A stretch of DNA of 64,000 nucleotides, from NCBI GenBank assembly GCA_000091205.1, contig AP006490.2. The stretch is one strand, 5' to 3'. The DNA comes from Cyanidioschyzon merolae (taxonomy: Eukaryota). Position numbers and translations under genes: made by a program. The notes beneath the pieces are model-generated. The model ran no database searches. It saw nothing but the letters and a program-made list of their open reading frames with translations, and had not been told where the DNA came from. How positions within the stretch are numbered: the first letter of the stretch is position 1; each line of letters begins with the position of its first letter. Shown piece after piece: positions 11,404-22,821 of this stretch.

Positions 11404-12495
11404 TTATCGCCAGAGGTCTGGAAACAGACGCTGTCGAGCTCGTTGCACATAGACGAGATCCTCGCCGGGGAAGCGTTCAAGGAACCATTCCGGAGTACGT
11501 GACGGGTCACCGAGTTGTCTCCTCCGGGTCGCTCGATAATAATGGCATTCATAGAGTTCGCGATTCTTTCGTCGATCAAAAATGGTGCTTCCCGACGGAT
11601 ACGGCGGCATAATGATATCGAGCATAGCGCACGGCTCTCGAACTGCAACGAGCTCGTGAATATTGCCTCCAGACCTGGGGTAAAGCGCCCAGGCGTCACC
11701 AGCTTCGCGCTCTGAGCGCTGAATTGTCGACTCTGCCCAGCCTCCATTGCAGTGCATCCATTCCAACTCTTCGTAGTTGGTGTAATGATCCGTCGCAAAA
11801 TCAAACGCGCGCATAACAAGTGAGCCCCAGAGCACACGCGAGACGACCACCATTCCAAAGTGGTCATGCAGTGGCAAGTACGCTCCCTTCGGCAGGTAAA
11901 ATACCCCGACGGAAAATAGATCAGACTGCTCGGCACCGAAGACGTACTGGATACGGCGAGTTGGCCACCTGCACTCCTCTGGCCAGCTGGCCTCCGGGAG
12001 CGACACGTCTTGGCTATGCTCCGCACCGTCCACAGCGCTAACTAGGTCCGATTCGGAAAGTTCGAACTGCGCAACGTCCACACTATTTACAACGGCCATG
12101 AGAGCGCTCACGTGCTGTCTAGCTTCGGCTTCGTACGCGTCGCTGAGAACGTGCGGCGTGCGCTGGCGTGCGTGTCGGAGCTCCAGCGCGACTCGCTGGA
12201 CGCTCTCCACGAGCACTTCCGCATCGCGCCTATGACTCGTGCCTTTACTCGCAGTGCCGCCCATGTACGGCCCGCAGTGACGCGAGCGTATACGAGTGCT
12301 TCTCAAACGAAACACGCTCCGAAAGCGAGGCACGGCAACGCGTACCCAAGACAGCATACCACGAGCGTCAACGATGAACGTCGGTACGCGCAGGCCACGT
12401 GCGTCGTCGCAGTGCGAAGCGCCCGGCATGCGCTGCCACCGCGGCAAAGCTACGAGGTAGAGTGTTTCGGAGGGGTTCAGAAGGAGGACACCCAT
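11404..12495 (-). CDS. PCO/ADO-family thiol dioxygenase-like cupin protein (2-aminoethanethiol / plant cysteine oxidase family); start probably an internal Met (MGGTASK...)
   Basis: Family-diagnostic stretch 'FYLPKGAYLPLHDHFGMVVVSRVLWGSLVMRAFDF' matches the ...iPlHdHPgM.v.sKvLyG.l.v..yDw pattern. The ORF is 363 aa. Confidence 0.65.
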   Translation of the reverse strand: MGVLLLNPSETLYLVALPRWQRMPGASHCDDARGLRVPTFIVDARGMLSWVRVAVPRFRSVFRLRSTRIRSRHCGPYMGGTASKGTSHRRDAEVLVESVQRVALELRHARQRTPHVLSDAYEAEARQHVSALMAVVNSVDVAQFELSESDLVSAVDGAEHSQDVSLPEASWPEECRWPTRRIQYVFGAEQSDLFSVGVFYLPKGAYLPLHDHFGMVVVSRVLWGSLVMRAFDFATDHYTNYEELEWMHCNGGWAESTIQRSEREAGDAWALYPRSGGNIHELVAVREPCAMLDIIMPPYPSGSTIFDRRKNRELYECHYYRATRRRQLGDPSRTPEWFLERFPGEDLVYVQRARQRLFPDLWR

Positions 12496-13199
12496 GTGGT
12501 CGTTTTTCTGCGGCAGTGAACACGTTGCCTAGTCTTCCGGAAAGTCTGAAGCCAACTGGAAAACGCTGCGTTGCTGCACTACTGCAGCGAGTCCTGTTTG
12601 AGAGCACGGGCCTGTGCTGGGTGTTGTTGTGGCTGCGCAAGGTGTCAGTGCCGGGTGTTGTTGTGTGATGCTTTCCGCGAAGAGGCGATGCAGAGCGCTG
12701 TAACTTGGGCTATTATGAGTCCAGAACCAGGGTCGTCACGCTAGAGCTTTCTTTGGAACAAGTCAGTTCCAAGATTGTACAGTATGATGTGCGGAACAGC
12801 GCTGCTGCGCGCGTTGTAACCTGTTCAACTTCTTTTCCAGAAACGCAGTGTTGAACGTGCGTGAAGAGTTTTGGGCTTCGATGAGCCTTGCTTGCGCTGC
12901 ACTAGTTCTGGTGCTACGATTGAAACCGGACCGGGTACAATACTCTATGCCAAAGGCGGCTCGGAACCGAGACTTGACCACAGCATAGCGAGCCCTCGAG
13001 GCCTTTTGCGGGTACGCGCTTGCCGCTTCTTGCGGACCGGGCCAACGCAACGCTTGCACGTGCAAACGTACCGTTGTGTTTCGTGACGTGACGTCGTCGC
13101 AGGAAAGAAACTCGAATCCCAGACTCGGGTGCGTACCGTTTCGGCGATATGGATACGAGGGCGTGTAGTCTTTCAACCCGAGTGCGATTCACCCCCAGG

Positions 13200-13725
13200 T
13201 GCATGATTTCAAATGCTTTTTCGCGGTTTATAGCAGATGCGTTCCAAGTGCGTGCATTTTGAAGAAATAATTATCTAATGAAAAGGCATGGAGATGGAAG
13301 GCGGGGGATCCTAGAGGGCCGGTGTCATCGGGGGCCGGAAAAGTAACGAAAAGAAATCCACTTCTCGCCGGCCAACGAGCGACAAAGAGCAAGGAATGAA
13401 GAAGAAGAAAGAGAAGCGGCGCGAGAGACGGGAATGTATTGGTACACAGGGCACGAGGTCCCGGCATCCTTGTAATGGTGCGTTCCATCAGCGGCAAGAA
13501 ACGGATGGAGTTCGTGAACCAAGACTTCAACGCAGTCATCAAAATCAGACGGTGTGCAGTGCTGAAGAGAAGAGACTCGAGGAACTGACGCAATCCAATT
13601 TTGCGGGGTTACCTTTCAGAGTCGAAGTGTACAACGAGAAACTCAAGCCGATAGCAGCCGGCCGGTCAAACAAGACTGGGAGGCGTCTGCGGGTGCGTAT
13701 GTGTATATACCCTCCATGGTCGTGA
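13200..13725 (+). mobile_element. Internally deleted (MITE-like) derivative of the TnpB/Fanzor-like element: about 250 bp of the 5' region fused to about 270 bp of the 3' terminus
   Basis: 13205-13290 'gctttttcgcggtttatagcagatgcgtt...' matches the copy at 27600-27700 ('gctttttcgcggtttagagcagagacgtt...'), with weaker homology to about 13450. 13455-13720 then encodes '...MEFVNQDFNAVIKIRRCAVL...VEVYNEKLKPIAAGRSNKTGRRLRV'. This matches the element C-terminus and its 'ggccggtc...gggaggcgtctgc' 3' module. Confidence 0.6.
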
Positions 13726-14327
13726 AACGTTGTTCGTTTTAATGGTCACATATAGCATGCGACTCAACGGAATGCTGCGACGCAGAAACGACCTACCGAC
13801 CTCAGTATCCATCATGCGTACTCTGCAAGCGTGGTCGGAACAGGTTCGTGGCGGGCCAGTCATGGACCATTGCATACGCTGCCACGAAGCTGAACGGGAT
13901 ACTGGACCCTTGTCGATGTATTCGACGACGACGTACGACTTGAAACTGTGATGATATTTGGTTTTACAAATGCCGCTGGTACATCCATGCCTGCGCACTT
14001 GAGCTTGTCTCTGCAATGTTCCCCGAATACCATCGCGCGCTTTAGATCATCAATACCTGTATTGCCAGAGATAAGCATATCGTATAAATTCGGATCATGT
14101 CTTCACATGGTTTGCATTGATTTCGATATCAACAGCTCGCACAGCGTGCCCCAGGCTGAGGCGTCGAGCGTCGCCTCGAGGTCGCGAGACGCTGCCAAGA
14201 GGTGCCGATGTGCCTTTGCGCAGCGTCTTCGCAGCGGGCCCAGCGCGTACCATACGTAACCGGCAACGCTGCACATGAATCCATGCCCTGCCACAGACCG
14301 ATGAACACATGACCTGTTTAACGAATC

Positions 14328-15908
14328 TTAGCTGTTCGGCCAGGCAACTGGAATCCGCAGCCTCGCCAAAACCGCAGAATGATCCGAGAGCGAAAAGTCC
14401 TCTTCAGGAAAAATGCGGGTTCGTGCCGCCTCCGGCACCGTGTAGCGATAGATGCGCACCGCACCGTTTTCGTCGCCATGCGCTATAACGGGTCCCTGCC
14501 GCGGATCAAACAGCAAATAATCGATACACTTTCCGTCATCAGTGATGGGATGCATCCCGCTGTGGGCAAGGCTGACTAGGTCGACGACCTGGAGGGCAGC
14601 GCCTTGTCGCGGTGCGCTTCCAAAGCGCTGCATCAGCTCCCGATACCAACGACTTTCATGCGGATTCTCCGGCGAGATTCGGGCGTTGATGTTGAAATCG
14701 CCAGTGATGAGTACCGGCCCTGCGTCATCCGCGACCTTGCGTGCGATAAAGTCACGCATTTCCTCCGCTTGATGAAAGCGAATCTCGGCGTGGTAGGCCT
14801 CCGGTTCATAGCCCGGTCGATCACCTGCTTGCATGTGCGTGCTGAAGATATGCAAGTAGCGTGCATTGGTCTGGCTCTCGACCCGCTTCGCTTGAACTGT
14901 GCTTGAAGGAAACGCGGAGCGATTCCATTTGCGCGGGAAGTCGGCAGGCCAGTACACTGGCAACTCAATGCGCGCATAGAGCACGCCCTTACCAACCAGC
15001 GCGTCGATCGTGTGGTACACCACGTTTCGATAGTGAATATAGTCCCATGCAACGATCGGGAAACGGCTGAAGATGCTGACGCCTCCATCGACGAATTTCG
15101 GAGGTATGCCAAGGATCCGCTTTGGCAGATAGACATGGTGGCGCAGGCCGTATTCCTTGAGCGCCGCCTGCATGGCTGAACGGCGATTGCTGTAGGCATC
15201 AAAGAGCTCTTGGAAGCATATGATGTCGAAGGAGGCAAGCTCAGGGAGCAGAAGTTTGAGGCGCTCATCTTTCAAGTCGTCACCGCTGGAGCCGGACACA
15301 CCTGGCGGCCGTACGCATATATTGTATGAGAGGAGGCGTACCGGCAGGCCCCGGCTACATACGTCATCCAACGCCGGGTCGGCGAAGAGGCGCGCTCTGT
15401 GCTGCCGCGCCACAGCGATGTATTCGCGGGTCCGGCGTCGATAGCTGTTCACCAACGTTGCTGCACCGAGCAGGAGCAATGCAAGGCCGAACGCCAGGGC
15501 AACAATATTCACCTTGGTCCGGTGAGTCTGCAAAAACCCTCTGCCACCACCAGTATTCGACAGGAAAAAATACGCAGCACCAGAGTCGAGAAACGCTTCG
15601 CTCGAGTCGCTATTCGCACGTGCTCCGAAGTACACAAGACCCAGGCTTGCGGCAGGTAGAGTTAACATAAGAACAGGAAACAGCTTGCGCACACTGACGC
15701 CAAGAAGTGTGGCCTTTCGCACCTGCTGGAACGAGAAGAACAAGGCCAGCAGCAGCTCAGAGATAACGGTGACGCCAAGTGCGAGCCAACAACCTCTTTG
15801 TGTTATCCACTTTCTCCACCAGGTGCTCCAACGTTCCACAGCATGAGACACAGCCGATGCTAATCCAATGCATACCTGAGTTGCATATGTACTCGCATCT
15901 GATTCCAT
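14328..15908 (-). CDS. Endonuclease/exonuclease/phosphatase (EEP) family membrane protein, neutral-sphingomyelinase-like
   Basis: EEP domain 'LLSYNICVRPP...FDIICFQELFD...VLITGDFNINAR...SDHSAVLARL' follows about three predicted TM helices. The ORF is 526 aa. Confidence 0.7.
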   Translation of the reverse strand: MESDASTYATQVCIGLASAVSHAVERWSTWWRKWITQRGCWLALGVTVISELLLALFFSFQQVRKATLLGVSVRKLFPVLMLTLPAASLGLVYFGARANSDSSEAFLDSGAAYFFLSNTGGGRGFLQTHRTKVNIVALAFGLALLLLGAATLVNSYRRRTREYIAVARQHRARLFADPALDDVCSRGLPVRLLSYNICVRPPGVSGSSGDDLKDERLKLLLPELASFDIICFQELFDAYSNRRSAMQAALKEYGLRHHVYLPKRILGIPPKFVDGGVSIFSRFPIVAWDYIHYRNVVYHTIDALVGKGVLYARIELPVYWPADFPRKWNRSAFPSSTVQAKRVESQTNARYLHIFSTHMQAGDRPGYEPEAYHAEIRFHQAEEMRDFIARKVADDAGPVLITGDFNINARISPENPHESRWYRELMQRFGSAPRQGAALQVVDLVSLAHSGMHPITDDGKCIDYLLFDPRQGPVIAHGDENGAVRIYRYTVPEAARTRIFPEEDFSLSDHSAVLARLRIPVAWPNS

Positions 15909-16627
15909 CAGTTCTAGTTGGCTACAAAGGATATTACGGCTTAACGGAATCCATGGTTAACGCGGCTATCATGGTGTTCCGGAAGGTCGGCTCCGATCCA
16001 GAGCCGCAACCCGCGATCTGGACGGCGCGATTTGATCCGTTTTGTTCGCCGATCGTTGCGCGATCGTCAACGGTATCTGCACGCGTTTCAGATGCCGCGG
16101 GAATACCAGACCGCTGGCTCTATTCCGGCTTTGCGATCTTTTCGGAGCCTGTTCAGACTTATTGTCTCTATTTTCAAATTTAAGCGATAAGGGCTTACGG
16201 ATTCAGATGCAGTTCTAGGATGCTGTGTCGTCGTTTCGGAGACGTTCGTTCGAGTCTCTCTGCCACTGCAACTCGTTACGTCAGTGGAATCAAGATGCTA
16301 CGCGGCATTCCGGAATGTGCGTTCGTAAAATAACCGACAGCATGATGCCGTGCATGTGAGCAAGCTTCCGTGCTTCTTGTTGCTCCATGAAACACCGCCA
16401 TGAACTCGTTCACATGGGTCATCGCAGCGATAACTTCCAGCAGGGCGTGCGTCGACGTTTTGCATGAAGCGACCAGAGACGCATCGAAGTTTCGTGACGT
16501 GGTATCCAGCGTGGATTCCCATTCCTCTACCAGTTCTATCATGGGCAACGTCGAGTTTCACAAATCCTCGGTCGAATTGAATGGAGCGTGCTTGCGCGTG
16601 CAGCTGGCACAGTGCTCGCCGAACAGA

Positions 16628-16855
16628 TCGCCCAGAGGCGTCCCGTGATCACGGGGTACTCCAGCGGGCGCGGCAACGGAGCGGGGGCATCCACGGAATC
16701 CTTCCGTGCCCGTCGAGGGCATGGATCGACTGTTAGCACAGGCGTTCATGTGTCACAGGGCGGTGTTCAGAAGAGGAGATGCGGCGAACGCGTGATGACA
16801 CCAGACCCCAGTCAAGCGCTGCGGATGCATATGGCGCACTGAGGCCGTCTACAAC
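16628..16855. repeat. Dispersed repeat, copy B (see 1-228)
   Basis: Near-identical to window positions 1-228. Confidence 0.8.
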
Positions 16856-17815
16856 GGAGATGAATACAGCAGGCGTGGCGTGGATCGCAACTTGCTGCTT
16901 TGCACGAAATGCGTGAAAAATCACCCAAAGCAGCGGAATCGGGATTTGGACCATGCCATCGACACGCTGCGACTGTTGACATCGGAGCTGGAGGGTGGGG
17001 AGAGATCGGTGTATTTAAAGGCAGGGGAAAAGAGAAACAGAAAACAGGGGTCTCAGAACAGGCGCACAAAGGCTGATATTGATGGCCTCGCGAAGACGAG
17101 ACACAACCTTAGTCGTACACAACCGAGTCAGAGGGTACGACCCTTTCTATTTCATCCTGCTATGTACATAGAACAGTGTCGATTCTTCAGCACCAGACCT
17201 GAATAGATTCGATTTAGCGTTGAGCGCGTCTAGTGACGGGCAACGCCTACCGTCCACGACACCAAGATTGCGTTTTACGATCTGGGACAGAGGTCCTGCG
17301 GACTAGACACGTCCGCAGGGCTCGTGCTGTGTGCGCCACCACGGCAGCGACTGCAGAGGCGGTGCAGGCGCAGTCCCAATGCAGCGCATCTCAGTCAGGC
17401 TGACCCCGCTGGAACGAGGGAGAGTGGCGTCTCCATCGTCGCCGGGATTTCTCCAGCATACCGCTCCGTGCAGCCAGCACGAGATCTGCATGCACCAACG
17501 GTTTGGTCCTAGGAAGAAGTCGAATTCTGCCCTTGAATGGTATCACTCACTCCAGAATCCGAAGGCTGCGATGTTTCGCAAAGCCGCAGTATCACCAGGG
17601 TATGACCGCGACGACGCGTAGCGTAGCGCAGCGAGCGCGCACGGCAGGCTCCTGTTCAAGGAGGCTGCAGGGTCCAGCGTACATATTCTCCTCAGAAACA
17701 CTGCTCTACGGTTGAAGTAAGCAGAAACGTATTTGCAGCGATAAAATCTCTTCCAAATTCACCAGCAGCGTCTACGTACCTCAAAGAATCCGGTTCAAAA
17801 TATCCATCTCATTGC

Positions 17816-20152
17816 TTGATAACATTCAAACGAAACTTTTTGATGCTCTTTGCACATGAGGCAACCTGTCGAAGCGCGTCGCAGATGCACACAGCCGGAT
17901 CGACATATTACCGGAAGCGCTATTCCGCTTCGTGGCGCGAGAACAGAGCGGCTGGTTTGTGGACGTGGCTGCGGATGTCGGTGGACCCCCAGACGCGAGT
18001 TTTGGTCGATGAGCTTCATAGACTGGGATTTGTTGTAGAACCAGCTGCTGTTTACTTGCTGCAGGAACGATTTTGCTCTGATCTTGAGCTTAGTCTTCTG
18101 GATGAAGAGGAACGAGTCGCGGCACTAGCAAGCCTTGTGCAGCGCTTGCGGGAAACTGCACTCGAGCAGGGAACGCGAACAATATCCACGGAGGCAGTGG
18201 AGCGAACACTGAAACTGGGTTCAGGCGGCAGTTTCGGAACGGATCGGAGTGGGACTGGCGCTGGCATAACGAAACACGGGCGCGTGAACGTGGCGAACGG
18301 GTGGAAGCTCCATGTTACCCGAGAGTTGAAGGAAACAGACTTGCTGCAACTGCCGCCCATAGCCAAACGCAGGGAAGCGCTAGCGTTTCGATATCAGACG
18401 CTTTACAAAGATCTTGAGCGTTGTTTGCAGATATCTGCTCTACGTAGGGAAGGTACAACACAGGAGAGTCCCTGGCCAAGGCAAGTCGTTCCTGTTGGCG
18501 TTTTGCGATCTGCCCGTGCGAGCGAAAACCGCCTGCAGATCGTGATGGGCATGCTCAGTGCTCAGGGTGTGGATGAGTGGTTGCTCGAAGATCCGACTGG
18601 ATCGATCGCTCTTCGGCTACATGGAGAACGTTCTGCTGTGGACGATTACCGGCTCTGTGGCACGAAATCGTGCTCGCTCGTGTGCGCAGGATGTATGCTC
18701 GTTGTAATTGGCGTTTACGACCCGATAGGAGATGCGATTGTCGTGCGCGAGCTTCGACAACCTCCGCTTTGTCCTGACTGGAGCATGAAGTTGCTGCCGC
18801 TGGAAGAGACTCCGGAATCATCAGCACCGCTGAGCCATGCGGGCGACCTGAGATTCACTGGGACCACAACTCTGGATGCTTCGCTGGACGCGCACGCCAG
18901 CGATTGCTCGGTCAGGTTGCCTCACCCAGAGTCACCGCAGGTAATGGATGCTTCTCGCGGGAATCTATTGGCCGCGAAGGATTTTCCTGAGGTACATGGC
19001 GACGTATCCGTGGCGCAGGAATTACAAGGCAATGTATCTCTTCCTCGAGCGGATCCTGAGAGCGAGGTCGAATCCCTGGACGACCCGGACGGCGAACTGC
19101 ATATTCTGTTTGCGGCCGATTTGGCCCTTGATGACAGCACCTCGTACGCAAAGTGGCGAAAGCTGCTCAGGGAACTCTACCTACCGAACGAAGCCTCAAC
19201 GATGCAGGGGACGAGCACACTGCCTCCGACCGATGAAGCGGCCGAACACCCTTCCAGGCCAGAGGCCTCCTTGCCTCACTGCATTTTTGTCCTTTGCGGG
19301 CCATTCCTAGGTTCAAAATGCATGTCGTGGCCGCCAGTCACGGAGCCTGCCCATGAAGATGCACCAACGGCTGGTGCTGTGCAAGGCGAGTCCTCGCTCA
19401 CGCCGAACGAGCAAGCGTTGCTTCTGGCTTTGCGACGTTTTGGGAAGATGCTGGCAGCGTTCCGAGCCCCATTGCGGTCGTCTGGCTCTGAGTTCATTCT
19501 GATCCCAGCGGAGCGGGATATGGATTGCTTTGGTGAGGTGTTGCCGCGGCCGCCTCTGTCGAACCTCTTTGTGGAAACGTTGAGAGTGCATAGTGGACTC
19601 CGAACTGAGCAGATCCGCACGCTCTCGGATCCAGCACGATTCGATGTGCTGCGGGGAGAGCGCTGCCGCTACAGCGTCCTCGTCCACGCAACGGAACGCC
19701 TGTGTGAACGTCTAGCTGCAGAAGCACTTCCATGGCCAGCGGAACGTGAGCAGCGCAACTACGCTGCGGATATGCAGCAGTTCGCTTCCAATGTTTTCCG
19801 CACGATTCTTCACCAGCGTCATGTCGCCCCGTTGCCTGTATACAAGCAGCCTATATTTTGGACGTTTGACCGGCAATATTTATGGACGCTCACAGACCCT
19901 AACCGTTTTGTTGATTTTCTCGTGCTCGCCGACAATACGCTTCCGTTGTGCATGGAGACATATGCAGTTGGCGGCTTCGCATCTCTCGCGGGCGGTCTCG
20001 AACCCAGCATGGTTCTCTGCATTGCCCCGGGAAGCTTTTCACGTGATGGAACTGCAGTATGGATTCGGCTTACTGGTCAGGCGCAGCAGCGTATTCAGCC
20101 ACGATCGCTGCATCTCGTTGCAGGGCAACAAGCAGAGCCGAGCGACCTGTAG
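17816..20152 (+). CDS. Hypothetical protein, 778 aa
   Basis: Long uninterrupted ORF in the sense frame. No motif recognised. Frames on the opposite strand are fragmented. Confidence 0.45.
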   Translation: MITFKRNFLMLFAHEATCRSASQMHTAGSTYYRKRYSASWRENRAAGLWTWLRMSVDPQTRVLVDELHRLGFVVEPAAVYLLQERFCSDLELSLLDEEERVAALASLVQRLRETALEQGTRTISTEAVERTLKLGSGGSFGTDRSGTGAGITKHGRVNVANGWKLHVTRELKETDLLQLPPIAKRREALAFRYQTLYKDLERCLQISALRREGTTQESPWPRQVVPVGVLRSARASENRLQIVMGMLSAQGVDEWLLEDPTGSIALRLHGERSAVDDYRLCGTKSCSLVCAGCMLVVIGVYDPIGDAIVVRELRQPPLCPDWSMKLLPLEETPESSAPLSHAGDLRFTGTTTLDASLDAHASDCSVRLPHPESPQVMDASRGNLLAAKDFPEVHGDVSVAQELQGNVSLPRADPESEVESLDDPDGELHILFAADLALDDSTSYAKWRKLLRELYLPNEASTMQGTSTLPPTDEAAEHPSRPEASLPHCIFVLCGPFLGSKCMSWPPVTEPAHEDAPTAGAVQGESSLTPNEQALLLALRRFGKMLAAFRAPLRSSGSEFILIPAERDMDCFGEVLPRPPLSNLFVETLRVHSGLRTEQIRTLSDPARFDVLRGERCRYSVLVHATERLCERLAAEALPWPAEREQRNYAADMQQFASNVFRTILHQRHVAPLPVYKQPIFWTFDRQYLWTLTDPNRFVDFLVLADNTLPLCMETYAVGGFASLAGGLEPSMVLCIAPGSFSRDGTAVWIRLTGQAQQRIQPRSLHLVAGQQAEPSDL

Positions 20153-20810
20153 GACGTTCCCGGCAAACGGTCCTGAACTGCAAGATGCAACGCATCAACG
20201 ACGAGGCGGCGTTGAGCGCGCCAGCTCGGTTGGCGGAATAATCTGTCAAAGAGAGGTTGCTGCACTGGTCGGGCGCATGCATTTGCGCGATGATCTCTGA
20301 TGATAAACATTTTGTTCGGCGAAGCGTACGGAATACAAGTTTCCTGACGATGATTAGGGGAGCGAAAATTTCGCTACTGCATGGTTCATACAGCTGAGAC
20401 CCAGCATGGTCACCATTCAATACTTGTTTGCAGCATACCCATGTTGATCGTGGCATGCAGCAGGCTTTCATTACCGAAGCTGACTTTTCAACATACGAGT
20501 AGCCGCCCAAAAGTGACAGGTAGTCCCAGCAGCACGATGCTACGGAGCTCGTTGAGGATGCACTGCGAGCAAACCGCCCAGCAGCGCTCTTTTGCACGTA
20601 CCGTAACTTGCAGGCGTATGCGATGACCAAAGTGATTTGGATGGCGTGCGTTGTTGCCTGACAAGAAGCTCGACTGTTCACGGAGGCGTCGCAGACCCGT
20701 CGTCGTTCACAAGATGTATGCACACGTACGAGCACAGTGTCCATCGCTATTCGATTTCTACGCATGCTGCTGAACAGGAATGCATGCATCCGAGCACACG
20801 CATCGATTCG

Positions 20811-20882
<72 letters not shown>
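20811..20882. repeat. (TGCG)n microsatellite, about 18 units
   Basis: 'tgcgtgcgtgcg...' run. It produces the (THAR)n and (ACVR)n artefact ORFs around it. Confidence 0.95.
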
Positions 20883-20883
<1 letters not shown>

Positions 20884-21335
20884 GGTTTCAAGCAGACTGC
20901 GACTTTTGCACGAACGACGAGTGAAGGTCGTTGTCGCATATGCTGTAAGCGTGTCTGCACGGTTCGGGAGTGGAATGCTGACAGACGCAGATTTATTGCG
21001 CTTAACGTTGCGGTTAGGTTTCTTCGTCTGGATCTGCGTCGTTCTTTACGTTTTTCTCGCGGTACCTCTTCCGTCAAAGCAAACAAGCGAGGCCAAGGGT
21101 CGTGCAGTGACTCTCGCAAGTGCGGCAGGCCCAGCGAGCTCGCGAGACAAGTCTGGGCGGCGCTGACGCTCCTGTTCTAGGTGAACGGTTACAGCATACT
21201 GAGCTAACGCTTGCTCTTTGATATACTAGGACGGATCAGTACTGTGTCCGAGGCGGTGCGGAGATAGGTCGACGAGTATCTGCAGACTCGCGTATCCACC
21301 GGAATACTCCTGAGACGGCCACAAAATATTTCGTC

Positions 21336-22004
21336 ATGGTCTATCTGCGTTCGTTGAAAGTCCCAAGAGGATACGCGGCGGCCTTTATGGTGGCTGGACC
21401 ATACGCAAGGTCGGGTTGCTGCTCCCGTGGGGCGTGCGTGCATCGTCGAACAACCGTACGAGGGTGCGAGACCAGTAGCGCGCCGCTGGCGCCTCGCGTT
21501 GCTGTATCCTCTGTGGTCTGGCAGCTGCCGGAGGCGGCCGCGCAGGCGTTTCAGGAGCGCAACTGGCAGGACTGTGCTTCTATTCTCGTGGAGACTCCCG
21601 TTCAGACTGCACAGTGCTTGTTAGTACAGCGCACGAAAGAGCCGGCAGCGAACCTTTGGTCTTTTCCCGGTGGCAGTTTGCACTTCGGCGAGTCAGTGCT
21701 CGACGGCATAGCTCGTGAGCTCTTTGAAGAGACTGGCCTCGCCCGGTCTGACGTCATGCTTGGATCAGAATACGAGGTGTATGAGTACATTGCACGTGAA
21801 TGGCACTACATTATCTTGACTGCAGTTGGGCTGGCGCGCCACGGTGTAGAGCCTGTTGCCGGTGATGATGCTCGCCGAGCTTGCTGGGTGCCGCTTCGTG
21901 ATCTGATGAATCCGAACTTTCCGAGTACAACACGCTGTCTGGAAACAGCGAGGAAGCTTTGGGACCGACTAAGAGTACATTCTACTTCAGCCCGACATAG
22001 TTAA
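21336..22004 (+). CDS. Nudix hydrolase family protein (second Nudix gene in the window)
   Basis: Nudix box 'GGSLHFGESVLDGIARELFEETGL'. The ORF is 222 aa. Confidence 0.72.
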   Translation: MVYLRSLKVPRGYAAAFMVAGPYARSGCCSRGACVHRRTTVRGCETSSAPLAPRVAVSSVVWQLPEAAAQAFQERNWQDCASILVETPVQTAQCLLVQRTKEPAANLWSFPGGSLHFGESVLDGIARELFEETGLARSDVMLGSEYEVYEYIAREWHYIILTAVGLARHGVEPVAGDDARRACWVPLRDLMNPNFPSTTRCLETARKLWDRLRVHSTSARHS

Positions 22005-22685
22005 TTGGGGGAAGGTGCGTGGGATCGTCGAGACGTTTCGCTGGAAAGCGCCCATTTGGTCTGTATGAGGCGTTTGCGCACTGCTCGTCCGCCCATAACT
22101 CCGCCATGGCTTTCTCCAGTGAATCCTTTGACGCCAGCCTCCAAGCGCGGCCAAGTTAGAACGGGATAGCCTCCTGGTCCAATGGACAGGATTATCGCGG
22201 GACAATGCTCGACTGTCTCCGTGTTGTTCGTTTGCAGGAATGTAGGTGATCGAGGCAGACACCCAGTTGTGCTCGCTCTATTGGAAACAGAGGTTTCGAT
22301 TACGTGCTCGGTTTCGCTCTGTCCAGAGCTGCGAAAGATCCACGACGGCCGCGGCTGCTATGGTGCGTACAGTGTCTGCGATCGTCAGAATACGTAAAAA
22401 TCAGGGTGCGGAAAGATTGCTGGAAACGTTTTCTGGCGTCATAGCGCCTATGAGACCCCTTTTCCCTGGGAGTCGAGCGACAAGCGGTGGCGCGTTCCCT
22501 TGGCTGTCTATCGGACAAGGAAGATAGGTTGAAAGCAAGTCTCGAGCATGACGGTAAAGGGGACGTATATGTTCAAGTGCTCAAGAGCTTTCTCGGCTGT
22601 AAGGCTATAGCACTATTGCCACGTGCACGGTGGACTTTTAGCGGGTAGTGAAAGTAGGTGAAGCGACTTGGCTTCTGACAAAAGG

Positions 22686-22821
22686 TTGCCATCGCGCGGG
22701 ATCGAACCGCGGACCTTTGCATCGCTCGACCGATTGCTGACGATCGTTGCGAGTGCCTTCAGTGCAACGCTTTCGGGCGAGCATCGAATGATGACTCCTC
22801 TCCCTGCTGAGCTACAATGGC
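22686..22821 (-). tRNA. tRNA-Phe(GAA)-like gene carrying intervening sequences: a canonical-position 34-nt intron after anticodon position 37, plus an extra roughly 28-nt insert 5' of the anticodon stem. It may be an unusually spliced tRNA or a pseudogene.
   Basis: The minus-strand read gives acceptor GCCATTG/CGATGGC (7 bp with one G-U), discriminator A and D-arm 'TAGCTCAGCAGGGAGAGG' (Phe-like). The anticodon stem TTGCA/TGCAA carries loop 'CTGAAG...A'. Variable loop is AGGTC and T-arm is CGCGG-TTCGATC-CCGCG. Confidence 0.5.

Noticed and set aside
11010-12026. 338-aa minus-strand ORF overlapping the PCO/ADO-like gene in another frame
   Set aside because: It has no motif and a low-complexity Arg/Ser-rich N-terminus. 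The overlapping 363-aa frame carries the family signature, so this one is taken as a spurious alternative frame.
20070-21119. 349-aa minus-strand ORF containing (THAR)n, and overlapping plus-strand ORFs containing (ACVR)n
   Set aside because: The ORFs are driven by the (TGCG)18 microsatellite, have low-complexity composition and no domain. Long open frames of this kind are expected by chance in GC-rich DNA.
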